Assembly: GCA_964610465.1 (NCBI GenBank)
Contig: CAZSWA010000007.1
Location: 4,062-68,061 of the forward strand
Length of the DNA: 64,000 bases
Direction: 5' to 3'
DNA from: an uncultured Gammaproteobacteria bacterium
GTDB taxonomy: Bacteria > Patescibacteriota > Microgenomatia > Levybacterales > UBA12049
Below are positions 9,042 through 18,730 of the stretch, one piece after another. Positions within the stretch are counted from its first letter, which is position 1; every line of letters starts with the position of its first letter. The notes below the pieces were generated by a model that saw only the letters and a program-made list of their open reading frames with translations, was not told the origin of the DNA and searched no databases. Position numbers and translations under genes: made by a program.

Positions 9042-10822
9042 ATATCTTCTTTTCTAATTATATATCTTTCCAGAGCCAAAATATCAATACCTGATTTTCT
9101 AAAAGTAGCAAATGCATTTTCAGGAGAATTGACTATTGGTTCGCCTTTTAGATTAAATGATGTATTCATAAGTACATAGACTCCAGTCTTTTCACCAAAA
9201 TTTTTAATGAGATTATAATATCGTGCATTTTGTGCTTTTGAGATTATTTGTACTCTACCGGTACCGTCTACATGGGTAACTGCCGGGATTACATTTCTTT
9301 TAGATTTTTTAACAGTGAATACTGCCAGCATATATTTGGTAAGATACGAATGGTCTTTGTTTCCCATTTCAAAATAGTCAGCAACTTTTTCCTCAAGTGT
9401 AACAGGGGCAAATGGTCTGTATGGTTCCCTAAATTTTATTTTTGTATTGACAATATCTTTCATTTCTTCTTTTCGCGGGCTCACTAGTATAGAACGGTTT
9501 CCCAAAGCTCGTGGTCCCCATTCTGCTCTCCCATGATAAAATCCGATAACTTTATCATTGGTTAATTCATTTGACAAAAACTCAATAAGTTTGTCTTCTT
9601 TTTCAATCTTGGAATATTTTATCTTGTTTTTTTTCAGAAATGCTTCTATTTCTGTATCTGTAAAATCTTTGCCAAAATAACAATCATTTTGTACGTACGT
9701 GCGTTTTTTATTCAAGATTCCATGATATACATACAATGCAGCGCCCAATGCCCCTCCATCATCTCCTGCTGCCGGCTGGACAAATATCCGTTTAAATTTA
9801 CTTTTCTGAAGAAGAATACCGTTAGCCACACTATTGAGTCCAACTCCTCCTCCAACGCAGAGATTTTTAAGTTTTGTTTGTTCATACAAATGGTTAGCTG
9901 AATTTAATAAAAGTTCTTCGGTAAAAGCCTGAATTGATGCAGCGATATCTGCGTATTTTTGATTGAGCGTACAGAGTTCTTGATAGTTTTTTGGTTTTTC
10001 ACCAAAATAACTCGGGAAACCTGAACTTCTGGTAAAGAAATGTAAATCCTGAGGCCTGGGTTTGCCAAAAAGTTCTACAAATTTTTGGCCAAACGCTTTA
10101 TCAGGAGATTTATGAAAAGTAAAATATTCCATATTGAGGCTATAAGAACCGTCATTATATATATTCACAAGCTTTCTTACCTTATCAACATAAATAGGTT
10201 TGCCATAAGGAGCCATTCCCATCACTTTATATTCTCCATCATTTACCTCAAAACCTAAAAAAGCCGTAAAGACAGAATAAAGTAAACCCAAACTATGCGG
10301 GAAGCGGATTTCTTTATCGATTATAATTTTATTTCCTTCCCCTGTCCCAAAAGTGGTAGTTGTCCACTCTCCTACTCCATCAAATGTCATAATTGCAGCT
10401 TTATCAAAACCTGATGGATAAAAACTTGCAGCAGCATGAGAGATATGATGCGGGATAAATAGCACTTTTTTACTATCAATACCAAGCTCGCTTGCCAAGG
10501 TTGATCGAACCCACAATTTATCAGTTAACCAATTCACCATGGCTTTTGCAAATAATTGTGATGAGAACGGATAGGTTGAAAGAGTTGATTGTAGTATACG
10601 CTCAAATTTCCAGAAAGGTTTTTCGTAAAAAACTGCAAAATCCAGGTCTTTCGTTTTGATACCTGCTTTGTCCAGACAAAATTCTATTGCAAGTTTTGGA
10701 TAGCTGCTATCATGCTTTACTCTTGAAAACCGTTCTTCAGCAGATGCTGCGATAATTTTGCCATCTTTTATAAGACAAGCTGCTGACTCGTGATAAAAAC
10801 AGGAAAGCCCTAGGATATACAT
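9038..10822 (-). CDS. O-carbamoyltransferase (NodU/CmcH/TobZ/SxtI family)
   Basis: ILGLSCFYHESAA, EERFSRVKHD, HHISHAA, DGVGEW, GPRALGNRSIL, REPYRPFAP, NTSFNLKGEPIV. Confidence 0.95.
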   Translation of the reverse strand: MYILGLSCFYHESAACLIKDGKIIAASAEERFSRVKHDSSYPKLAIEFCLDKAGIKTKDLDFAVFYEKPFWKFERILQSTLSTYPFSSQLFAKAMVNWLTDKLWVRSTLASELGIDSKKVLFIPHHISHAAASFYPSGFDKAAIMTFDGVGEWTTTTFGTGEGNKIIIDKEIRFPHSLGLLYSVFTAFLGFEVNDGEYKVMGMAPYGKPIYVDKVRKLVNIYNDGSYSLNMEYFTFHKSPDKAFGQKFVELFGKPRPQDLHFFTRSSGFPSYFGEKPKNYQELCTLNQKYADIAASIQAFTEELLLNSANHLYEQTKLKNLCVGGGVGLNSVANGILLQKSKFKRIFVQPAAGDDGGALGAALYVYHGILNKKRTYVQNDCYFGKDFTDTEIEAFLKKNKIKYSKIEKEDKLIEFLSNELTNDKVIGFYHGRAEWGPRALGNRSILVSPRKEEMKDIVNTKIKFREPYRPFAPVTLEEKVADYFEMGNKDHSYLTKYMLAVFTVKKSKRNVIPAVTHVDGTGRVQIISKAQNARYYNLIKNFGEKTGVYVLMNTSFNLKGEPIVNSPENAFATFRKSGIDILALERYIIRKEDI

Positions 10823-10824
10823 AT

Positions 10825-11058
10825 TTAATACGGTTTCTGCGCTTCTTTAACATCTGGAACATTATGATTCCAGGCAATAAAATTGGATTTACGATTTTTT
10901 GGTTTAATATTTAATCTGTCTGAAAATAATGCAATAAATATTCCAACCATCCACAAAACGAAAAAATAAAATAAAGTAAATAGAATAAGCGCTTGAAAAT
11001 GTCCTATTTTCTTTCCTATTTTTAGCCAGACTTTCCAGATATATTTTAGATACGACAT
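10825..11058 (-). CDS. SxtJ-like small membrane protein
   Basis: W..W.KIG.KIG.FQ..ILFTLFYF...D.L pattern; position next to the carbamoyltransferase. Confidence 0.7.
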   Translation of the reverse strand: MSYLKYIWKVWLKIGKKIGHFQALILFTLFYFFVLWMVGIFIALFSDRLNIKPKNRKSNFIAWNHNVPDVKEAQKPY

Positions 11059-11059
11059 A

Positions 11060-12169
11060 TTAGTGTTTTATAATTGTTCCATCTTTGGTTTTTTCAAGAA
11101 GTGGAACGATTGCATCATATAATTTTTCAGCTGCAAGTTTATGAACTGACTCATTGGGATGGGAATCAAATCTGTTTACCTCAAGATCTGAAGGATTCTT
11201 TCCTTTTAGATAAGGATACATATCCACAATTGTCGTAACTCCATCCCGGGTAAATACAGTATGCATTTTCTGATCAATTCCTGAATTCCCATAAGGGACA
11301 AGAAACTGGATAAACGGGAACATAATTACTACTATCTTTTTGTTTTGGCTTTCAAGTTGACTGGTAAAGTTACTTATTAGCTTTTTGTGATATGCAAATA
11401 CAGAGGGGATTTCATATTGTTCGAGATCTGCATTACGAAGTTGAGTAAAAGTAGTAGCGTATTTTGCAGAAAGACGCCAGTATATATAATCGAAAAAGAA
11501 AGAATGTGTACTTAAAAATTTAACGATTGCGGGAATTTGTGCGTTGGCATTCGTAAGGATTCGGCTACCGGCGTTATTTGCAGGTGGTTCTGCATCATTT
11601 GGAAAATATGACCAAAGCAGTATATCAATATTGAATTTATAATCTTTGTTATTATATTCCTCAGTTTCCTGATATGTATCATATCCGGGAGTACTAAAAT
11701 TATATATCTCCACATGATATCCGTGGTCTCTAAGCTTTTTCTCGAGTAGATTTGAAAACCTGTTATCAACGTTTTTGATACCATATCCCCAGGCAACAGA
11801 ATCTCCCATGACTCCAATTCTTACAGTTCCTGAAGATTTTTTAATAGAGAAGTTTTTGTCGCGGTATTGATAATTATTATAAAGTACATGTCTTTGATAC
11901 CAGTGTTCTGTTACATTTAGAAATCCCAAACTATCTGACTGGTCAAATCGATATCTGAAATATGCTTCAAAAAATGAATAGATATACACTATAGATAATA
12001 AAGTGAAAAGGAGAGAAAGAAGCAGCATTTTATTACGGTTCTTAAGGTTTGATCTAAAAATTGCAGGAAAGGCAAAAATAAAAAGAATAGTACTTACGGC
12101 AAGAATAATTAAAAATTCATGAAAGTCCTTAATAAAATAGCTTAAATGGCCGTAAAGAGCTATAAACAT
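11060..12169 (-). CDS. Membrane-anchored SGNH/GDSL hydrolase (SxtL-like)
   Basis: GDSVAWG block I, PND block III, DSHPNE block V. Confidence 0.88.
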   Translation of the reverse strand: MFIALYGHLSYFIKDFHEFLIILAVSTILFIFAFPAIFRSNLKNRNKMLLLSLLFTLLSIVYIYSFFEAYFRYRFDQSDSLGFLNVTEHWYQRHVLYNNYQYRDKNFSIKKSSGTVRIGVMGDSVAWGYGIKNVDNRFSNLLEKKLRDHGYHVEIYNFSTPGYDTYQETEEYNNKDYKFNIDILLWSYFPNDAEPPANNAGSRILTNANAQIPAIVKFLSTHSFFFDYIYWRLSAKYATTFTQLRNADLEQYEIPSVFAYHKKLISNFTSQLESQNKKIVVIMFPFIQFLVPYGNSGIDQKMHTVFTRDGVTTIVDMYPYLKGKNPSDLEVNRFDSHPNESVHKLAAEKLYDAIVPLLEKTKDGTIIKH

Positions 12170-12287
12170 TAGAGTATAATATGATATTTATCACAATATA
12201 TCAATAATTTAAACTATATTACTCTATAAGGTATCGTAATCAGTTGCAAATAAAATGACTTATTATGATTGAAAATTATGAAATAGT

Positions 12288-12674
12288 TTATTTCTTGCTC
12301 TGTTCTACTAAATTAAGATATTTCTGAACAATTTTTAAAATTTCCTGAGGCATATATTGACTCTTTATCACATATGCAACTGCGCCAAGAGATAAACAGC
12401 GTTGTTCTTCTATTTTATCGCTTATGTTGGATAACATAATGATAGGGATATCTTTTAGTTCATTGATTTTCTTTATCTTTTCAAGTGTTTGTATACCATT
12501 CATTTTAGGCATCATAATATCAAGGAGAATTATGTCAGGCCGCAGGGTTTTGGCTTTTTCTATCCCATCTTCACCATTGGTCGCAATAACTACTTCAAAA
12601 TTATTTCTAACGAGGACAAATTTATACATTTCATAAAGTAACTGTTCATCCTCGATAATCAGCACTTTTTGCAT
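12288..12674 (-). CDS. Single-domain response regulator (receiver)
   Basis: LIIEDE, LLDIMMPKMNG, YVIKS. Confidence 0.93.
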   Translation of the reverse strand: MQKVLIIEDEQLLYEMYKFVLVRNNFEVVIATNGEDGIEKAKTLRPDIILLDIMMPKMNGIQTLEKIKKINELKDIPIIMLSNISDKIEEQRCLSLGAVAYVIKSQYMPQEILKIVQKYLNLVEQSKK

Positions 12675-12729
12675 AAAGGGTATTTCCTAAGGTTTATTGT
12701 AGCACTAAATAGATAACTTTCATATATGA

Positions 12730-15093
12730 TTACTGTGCGTATTGAGAAGAGATTAGAGGGTGTTCATTAGTTATAGTTAACAATAAAGGAACTGTTATTG
12801 AAAAAACACTCCCTTTATTTGTTTCACTTTTTACCAAATCTACCGAACCTCCCATTCTGTCCATGATTAGTCGTGAAATATAAAGTCCAAGTCCTGTACC
12901 GTTCCCCTCCCGTGTATAAATGTTTTCACTTGCCTGCTGAAATTTTCTAAATAATAACTTTTTACTTTCTTCTGAAATACCCTTTCCTGTATCTTGTATA
13001 AATATCTTTACAAAATTATCATTAATTTTTTTTATACTCACTGATATACTTCCCATATCCGTATATTTTATACCATTGCCGATTAGATTTATAAGTACTT
13101 GTTTTAGCCTGTCTTTATCGACAAAAGCAACTTGAGAAGGTATAAATGGAGTAAAATGAATTTTTAGATTTTTTTCATTTGACAGCGGAGTACATTCGTT
13201 AATTGCGTCAATTACGAGTGCATTTATATCAATTCGTTCTTTTATCATATCAACTTTCCCTTGTTCAAGTTTTGATGTATCCAAAAATTCATTTACTATT
13301 TCAATAAGTCTTTGACTGGAATGTCCTATGCCTTCAAGCATTTTTATTAATTCTTCACTCTTAATTTCATTGGTATAATACTCCTGAATTATTGATATAT
13401 ACCCTTTTATTGCCGTAAGAGGAGTTCTTAGCTCGTGGGATGCAATTGCAAAAAATTCTTCTCTTGATCTTTCCATTATCTTGGCTTCTGTTTCATCTTC
13501 AAGCAATATAACTGCTCCAATGATATCAATTTTATTCTTGGTTAAAAGAGGAATAGGTGAAATATAAATACTTACATATTTATCTTTGAGTTTCATATCT
13601 TTTTTAGTATATTTTTCATTCTTTTGGATACATTCGTCTATCGCTTTCAAAATATCAAAATCTTTTATATTTTTCTGCAGTTCAGAGAGTGTATTTTCAG
13701 GCATTAATCTCTCATTGCCCCAAATTGCCTGAACAGAAGAATTAATGATAAGCACATTCTTTACTCTGTCCGTCATAATAAAGCCAAAGCTTAAATTATC
13801 AATTGATGAGAGTAATCTTGCTCGTTCTTCATTAAGCGCCTCAGTACGTATTTGAACTTTTGTTTCAATAGTTTTTTTATCTTTTTCAAGCTCATCTTCA
13901 AGTTTCTCCAGAGAGTTATTTTTATCCTGTACTTCATGTATTTTTTCTTCTAACTTTGAGTAGTATTCTCTTAATTTGGTTACATCCGTAAAAATCAGGA
14001 TATATCCTATGATAGTGTTATCTTCATCAGTAATTTTTGTTGCTGATAAGGTCGTGAGTAATTTTTCCCCTTTTGAGTTAATCACAGAAACACTATCTAT
14101 CTCCGTATAGTCAGTAGTATGCAGTGGTATAATTGCTTTTTCCTGTACATTAACAAAATCCTTTATATTAAAAAAAATGTTAATGATATTTTTGTTGAGT
14201 ATTTCTTTTCTACTGTATCCAAGAAGTTTAAGGCCGCCATTATTGATAAATTCAATTGAGTTATATTTGTTGATACAAATTACTGCTTCGTTTACCGCAT
14301 CAAATACAGTGCTCATCACAGATGCAGAGCTAAACACAGTACCTCCATATTTTGTAATTGCATAAGTGATAATCAAAGAACTTATAACAAAAAGAATGTT
14401 GCCTGCCGGTGGAGTCGTGATTCCAAACAGGTATGGGAAAACAGCATAACAGATAACGCACCCGAGTATTGATATCCAAATTGCGAAATTGATAATAATG
14501 ATGCTCTGTTTCCTGTTAAAATTTGAAGTAGTTGAATACAAACGTGCCATGATGATAAAAGAGATAAAATAGTATAGAAGATAATATACAAATAAACTAA
14601 AATATCCAATCGGTGTAGCTTGTGCAAAATAGCCCCATATTGAATAAAGTGAATTATTAATATCTAAATTTACAATAACGTTCGTATTCCAGCAAAGGAA
14701 AAGAAATATAAGAGGTGGAATATAGGAAGCTACCCAATAGAGTACCTTATGAAGAAGCCAATCTTCATCAGTGAGCACAATAATAAATGCGAGATAAATA
14801 GGCGGGCATATCACTATTCCAAAAAGGTTCCATAAATTCCAGAATTTAAATCCAATTTGAAGATATGAATTAAAGATAAAAAATTGAGTGATTTGATCAA
14901 AAGAACAAATGAGGAGAATAAAAATAAGCCAAAATATAATAGGGGCAGAATACCGTTTACTCATTACATAAAGAATAAGCCCAAAAGATATAAGAGAGGT
15001 AAAAAGAATAACCAGTGAGTAAGGATGAAAATGGAGAGAGAAAATAGAATTAAGCATTAGATTCAGTATAGAATTGTATTGTATAAATGACAA
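12730..15093 (-). CDS. Sensor histidine kinase (7TM-type N-terminus, PAS, HisKA, HATPase)
   Basis: SHELRTPL H-box, NLIGNGIKYT, DTGKGI, GTGLGLYI; about 7 TM segments at the N-terminus. Confidence 0.93.
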   Translation of the reverse strand: MSFIQYNSILNLMLNSIFSLHFHPYSLVILFTSLISFGLILYVMSKRYSAPIIFWLIFILLICSFDQITQFFIFNSYLQIGFKFWNLWNLFGIVICPPIYLAFIIVLTDEDWLLHKVLYWVASYIPPLIFLFLCWNTNVIVNLDINNSLYSIWGYFAQATPIGYFSLFVYYLLYYFISFIIMARLYSTTSNFNRKQSIIIINFAIWISILGCVICYAVFPYLFGITTPPAGNILFVISSLIITYAITKYGGTVFSSASVMSTVFDAVNEAVICINKYNSIEFINNGGLKLLGYSRKEILNKNIINIFFNIKDFVNVQEKAIIPLHTTDYTEIDSVSVINSKGEKLLTTLSATKITDEDNTIIGYILIFTDVTKLREYYSKLEEKIHEVQDKNNSLEKLEDELEKDKKTIETKVQIRTEALNEERARLLSSIDNLSFGFIMTDRVKNVLIINSSVQAIWGNERLMPENTLSELQKNIKDFDILKAIDECIQKNEKYTKKDMKLKDKYVSIYISPIPLLTKNKIDIIGAVILLEDETEAKIMERSREEFFAIASHELRTPLTAIKGYISIIQEYYTNEIKSEELIKMLEGIGHSSQRLIEIVNEFLDTSKLEQGKVDMIKERIDINALVIDAINECTPLSNEKNLKIHFTPFIPSQVAFVDKDRLKQVLINLIGNGIKYTDMGSISVSIKKINDNFVKIFIQDTGKGISEESKKLLFRKFQQASENIYTREGNGTGLGLYISRLIMDRMGGSVDLVKSETNKGSVFSITVPLLLTITNEHPLISSQYAQ

Positions 15094-15162
15094 GACAGTT
15101 TTTAAAGCCTCTCAATCTGGTTAAATTCTCTTGTATTTGCTATAATTTTCTCAAACTGCCTT

Positions 15163-16368
15163 ATGAGAGAAAAGTTCAAGAAATTATTTCATAAGTATCA
15201 TGAATTCATACTGCCCATTGCGTTTGCATTGGTATTGATTCCGGCCCTCGTATATTACTTCAAACAATCTCTTGATCTAAAAAATAACATTCTCATAAAA
15301 GATGCGTCGTATTCCGCTTTAACCAGAGATTATACAAGGACACAAAAAGATTTTATCGCACTTAAAAATCAGGATCAATTTAAAATTAATCAGGATTTAC
15401 AGGCAAAAATTAAAAACATTCATGATGTGTATATTCAAGCAGCAACAAACTATGAAAAAATTACTGATTTAAGAGCACAAAAGGCAAAAACAGATACACT
15501 TGATACCTTGTATGCATCGGCACTTAAAGATTTATCAGATTTACAGTACACATCAGCAGAAGCTAAGCTTATTGATTTACAAAGTCAAATTCAAAAAATC
15601 AACGATGCATTAGCTGCCGCAAATACACCTCAGTCTTCTGCTCCATCAAGTGCTGCTGAATCAAATTCTTTACCTGGCAATGGGTATAGCCGTCAACAAG
15701 TACAAACAGACACGGGTACATTTGTGATTGATATTATTGCAGCTGATTTAAATTCCACAAAAGTGATTGTAGATACTGCATCTGATGGGGACTGTGGAAA
15801 TAACTGTCCAACTCTACCTCTTGCAACCTATGCCCAAAGAAGCGGAGCGTATGCTGCTATCAATGGTTCCTATTTCTGTCCATCAGATTATCCAAGTTGT
15901 GCAGGTAAAGTCAATTCTTTTGATACACTACTTATGAACAAAAATAAAGTATATTTTAATTCCGCAAACAATGTCTATTCTGTTGTCCCTGCTGCCATTT
16001 TTAATGGTAATACTTCCCGTTTCGTACAAAAATCTCAGGAATGGGGACGAGATACAGGAGTAGATGCAGTAATTGCTATGCAGCCGCTTTTAGTATTTGG
16101 CAACCAAATTGCATATGGGGGAAGTGATGTTGCCAAGTATTCTCAAAAGGGTACAAGGAATTTTATTGCCGGCAAAGGAAATTCCGCGTACATAGGTACT
16201 ATATATAATGCGACTATGAATGACTCAGCACATGTCTTGCATACATTAGGTGTTGAAAATGCAATCAATCTTGATGAAGGAGGATCAACTGCGCTTTGGT
16301 ACAATGGAAGTTATCTCGCAGGTCCAGGTCGTACTATCCCTAACGCAGTACTTTTTGTAAGGAAATAA
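15163..16368 (+). CDS. Phosphodiester glycosidase (NAGPA) family protein with TM anchor and coiled coil
   Basis: AAINGSYF, AINLDEGGSTAL, RTIPNAV. Confidence 0.85.
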   Translation: MREKFKKLFHKYHEFILPIAFALVLIPALVYYFKQSLDLKNNILIKDASYSALTRDYTRTQKDFIALKNQDQFKINQDLQAKIKNIHDVYIQAATNYEKITDLRAQKAKTDTLDTLYASALKDLSDLQYTSAEAKLIDLQSQIQKINDALAAANTPQSSAPSSAAESNSLPGNGYSRQQVQTDTGTFVIDIIAADLNSTKVIVDTASDGDCGNNCPTLPLATYAQRSGAYAAINGSYFCPSDYPSCAGKVNSFDTLLMNKNKVYFNSANNVYSVVPAAIFNGNTSRFVQKSQEWGRDTGVDAVIAMQPLLVFGNQIAYGGSDVAKYSQKGTRNFIAGKGNSAYIGTIYNATMNDSAHVLHTLGVENAINLDEGGSTALWYNGSYLAGPGRTIPNAVLFVRK

Positions 16369-16455
16369 TTTACATATATTCATAATTCTCACAAAGCGAT
16401 AAAGCAATCGATACATATCTTACCTATTTTGCAGCTTCAAAATTTCAAGTATCAA

Positions 16456-17859
16456 TTAAGGAAGTAAGTTGGGGCTAAATGTATGAAAAACAGGAAGTTT
16501 TTCTATAGGAACCGGCAAAACAAATTTCCAATTTTTGTCATCTGACTCGGCTTCTGTACCTGGTATGTTTATTCTGTCTTTTGTAAGTAGCCAATCCTGA
16601 ATAGGAATTATTACAATTTGTGATTTCGAATTGAGTATTCTGTTTCGTATTTCTGTTGCAAATTCTGTATCTTTATTACGATACTGTATATGTGCATTTT
16701 TTGCCAAAAGTTTTTTCTGAAAAACTGATAATAATTCCAGATACCCTATCAGAGATTCAGTATCATGTGTTGTTGTATAGGCAACACTATTTTCTGGATA
16801 TTGAGCAATGTCTGCATAAAACGAAAATGCCTTATGAAGTTTTTCATCATATCCATAACGGAATATCCGGATTCCTTTCAGTCCCAGTTTTTTTTCAGCT
16901 TGTAAGATAGCAGCCATATCTTCACTGCTATCTTCTAAAAAAATAGGTAGACTGATACTTTGACTGTATTCATAGAGAGTTTTTAAAAAATAGAAACCAG
17001 GGCCTTTTTTGTATACATCATTTGTTTCATTTTCTTTATCAAGTGCACCATATTCAAAAAAACCTTTGGCATGATCTATACGAACAAAATCGTAAAATTT
17101 CGAAAGATAAAATAATCTTAATTTCCAAATAGATATAATTTCTTTTTGTATTTTTGTATCATTCCATTTATACAATGGATGTCCCCATAATTGTCTGCCG
17201 TAATGTGCATGTGAACTACGTGGAACTCCTGAGACATAAATCATATTGCTCATATTATCTAAGCTAAAAACATTTTGATACTGCCAGACAAGCGGACTTT
17301 GAAAAGGGAGATAAAATGACATATCTCCTATAAATGAAATTCCAAGTTGTTTTGCTTTGTCATGAAGTTTTTTATATCGCATATGCAATTTGTACTGAAG
17401 TAATTTCTGTTCTTCGATTTTTGATGATAATTTTTTAGCAAAACTCTCCATTGCCTCAGGTTGTCTTATTCTTATTCTATCTGGCCAACGTGACCAATTA
17501 TCAGTACCAAAAAAATCCCGCAAAGAACAAAACAACGCATATTCATCAAGCCAAAATACATGTTCATTAAAAAAACTTTGTTTTTCCAAAGATATGTTAT
17601 TTTCTTTGTTTTGCAAAAATGCAGGATTGAGTCCTACACCATATCCTTTGTAGGGAGAAGGTACATGGAGTTTTTTTGAATTTAGGAGAAGATGTGTTTC
17701 ATGTAATGGCAGCATCTGCCATGCTGTTTGTTTTGTTTTAGAAAGCCAATATAAAAATAATTCTGCATTATTAAAAATATCAGCCTTGGGATTTGTAAAA
17801 AGCGCAGTAAATGGAAGAAAAGTACCAATTACTTTAGCATTTTTTGTTAATTTACTCAT
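16456..17859 (-). CDS. malQ: 4-alpha-glucanotransferase (GH77)
   Basis: WQMLPL, SPY, GQLWGHPLYKW, RIDHAKGF, YTTTHDT, RINIPGT. Confidence 0.9.
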   Translation of the reverse strand: MSKLTKNAKVIGTFLPFTALFTNPKADIFNNAELFLYWLSKTKQTAWQMLPLHETHLLLNSKKLHVPSPYKGYGVGLNPAFLQNKENNISLEKQSFFNEHVFWLDEYALFCSLRDFFGTDNWSRWPDRIRIRQPEAMESFAKKLSSKIEEQKLLQYKLHMRYKKLHDKAKQLGISFIGDMSFYLPFQSPLVWQYQNVFSLDNMSNMIYVSGVPRSSHAHYGRQLWGHPLYKWNDTKIQKEIISIWKLRLFYLSKFYDFVRIDHAKGFFEYGALDKENETNDVYKKGPGFYFLKTLYEYSQSISLPIFLEDSSEDMAAILQAEKKLGLKGIRIFRYGYDEKLHKAFSFYADIAQYPENSVAYTTTHDTESLIGYLELLSVFQKKLLAKNAHIQYRNKDTEFATEIRNRILNSKSQIVIIPIQDWLLTKDRINIPGTEAESDDKNWKFVLPVPIEKLPVFHTFSPNLLP

Positions 17860-17865
17860 GAGGTA

Positions 17866-18696
17866 TTATAGAACAATACTGTAGTCCTTATTTCTTATAA
17901 AAAGATTTACTCTTTCAAGTTTACCTGGAAGTTTGTTTTTTAAAAAAATAGACCTGATAGCTGATGCATTTTCTATTCCACCGGTTACCAGAAATCTGTG
18001 TGTTGGTCTTCTTGTCTTACTTTCGAGTCCTTTTTGACGTAAAAGTTCATTAAGTGCTAATGCAGTAGGTTTTGCTGAATCAATAAGTACAACATCTTTC
18101 CCGACTATTTCCTGAATAGTACTTTTTAAAAGTGGATAATGAGTACAGCCAAGTAGTAAAGTATCAATTCCTGATGGTGAAAATCCTTTTAAATAATCTT
18201 TCGCAAGTATTTTTGTTGCAGGATGATGTAAAAATCCTTCTTCAACCAAGGGTACAAACAGTGGACATGCTTTTGCAGTGACTTGAATTTTTGGATTTTT
18301 ATTCTTTATTTTCTTCTGATATATATGACTATTTATTGTAGTTTTTGTTCCAATAATTCCCACCCTGTTTGATTTTGTTTGTGTAACTGCATATGCGACA
18401 GTTGGTTCAATTACATCTATTACAGGGAAAGGAGATACTTTTTTTATTTCAGAAAGACATGTTGCAGAAATAGTATTACAGGCGACAACAAGGATTTTGA
18501 CATTTTGGGTAAGAAGATATTGAGTAAGTTCAAGTGCATATTGTGTAATTGTTTCTTCATCCCGTGAGCCATAAGGTACTCTAGCTGTATCACCAAGATA
18601 CACAATACTTTCATTTGGTAAAAAACGAAGTATTTCTTTGGCAACTGTCAGTCCTCCAATTCCTGAATCAAATATGCCGATAGGATTATCTCTCAT
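17866..18696 (-). CDS. murI: Glutamate racemase
   Basis: IFDSGIGGLTV, VACNT, LLGCTHYP. Confidence 0.97.
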   Translation of the reverse strand: MRDNPIGIFDSGIGGLTVAKEILRFLPNESIVYLGDTARVPYGSRDEETITQYALELTQYLLTQNVKILVVACNTISATCLSEIKKVSPFPVIDVIEPTVAYAVTQTKSNRVGIIGTKTTINSHIYQKKIKNKNPKIQVTAKACPLFVPLVEEGFLHHPATKILAKDYLKGFSPSGIDTLLLGCTHYPLLKSTIQEIVGKDVVLIDSAKPTALALNELLRQKGLESKTRRPTHRFLVTGGIENASAIRSIFLKNKLPGKLERVNLFIRNKDYSIVL

Positions 18697-18730
18697 AGCT
18701 TAGGTAATTATACTATAAATGAAATATAAG

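Noticed and set aside
8862-12169. Saxitoxin biosynthesis cluster
   Set aside because: No sxtA/G/B core genes; only the widespread I/J/K/L-like module is present.
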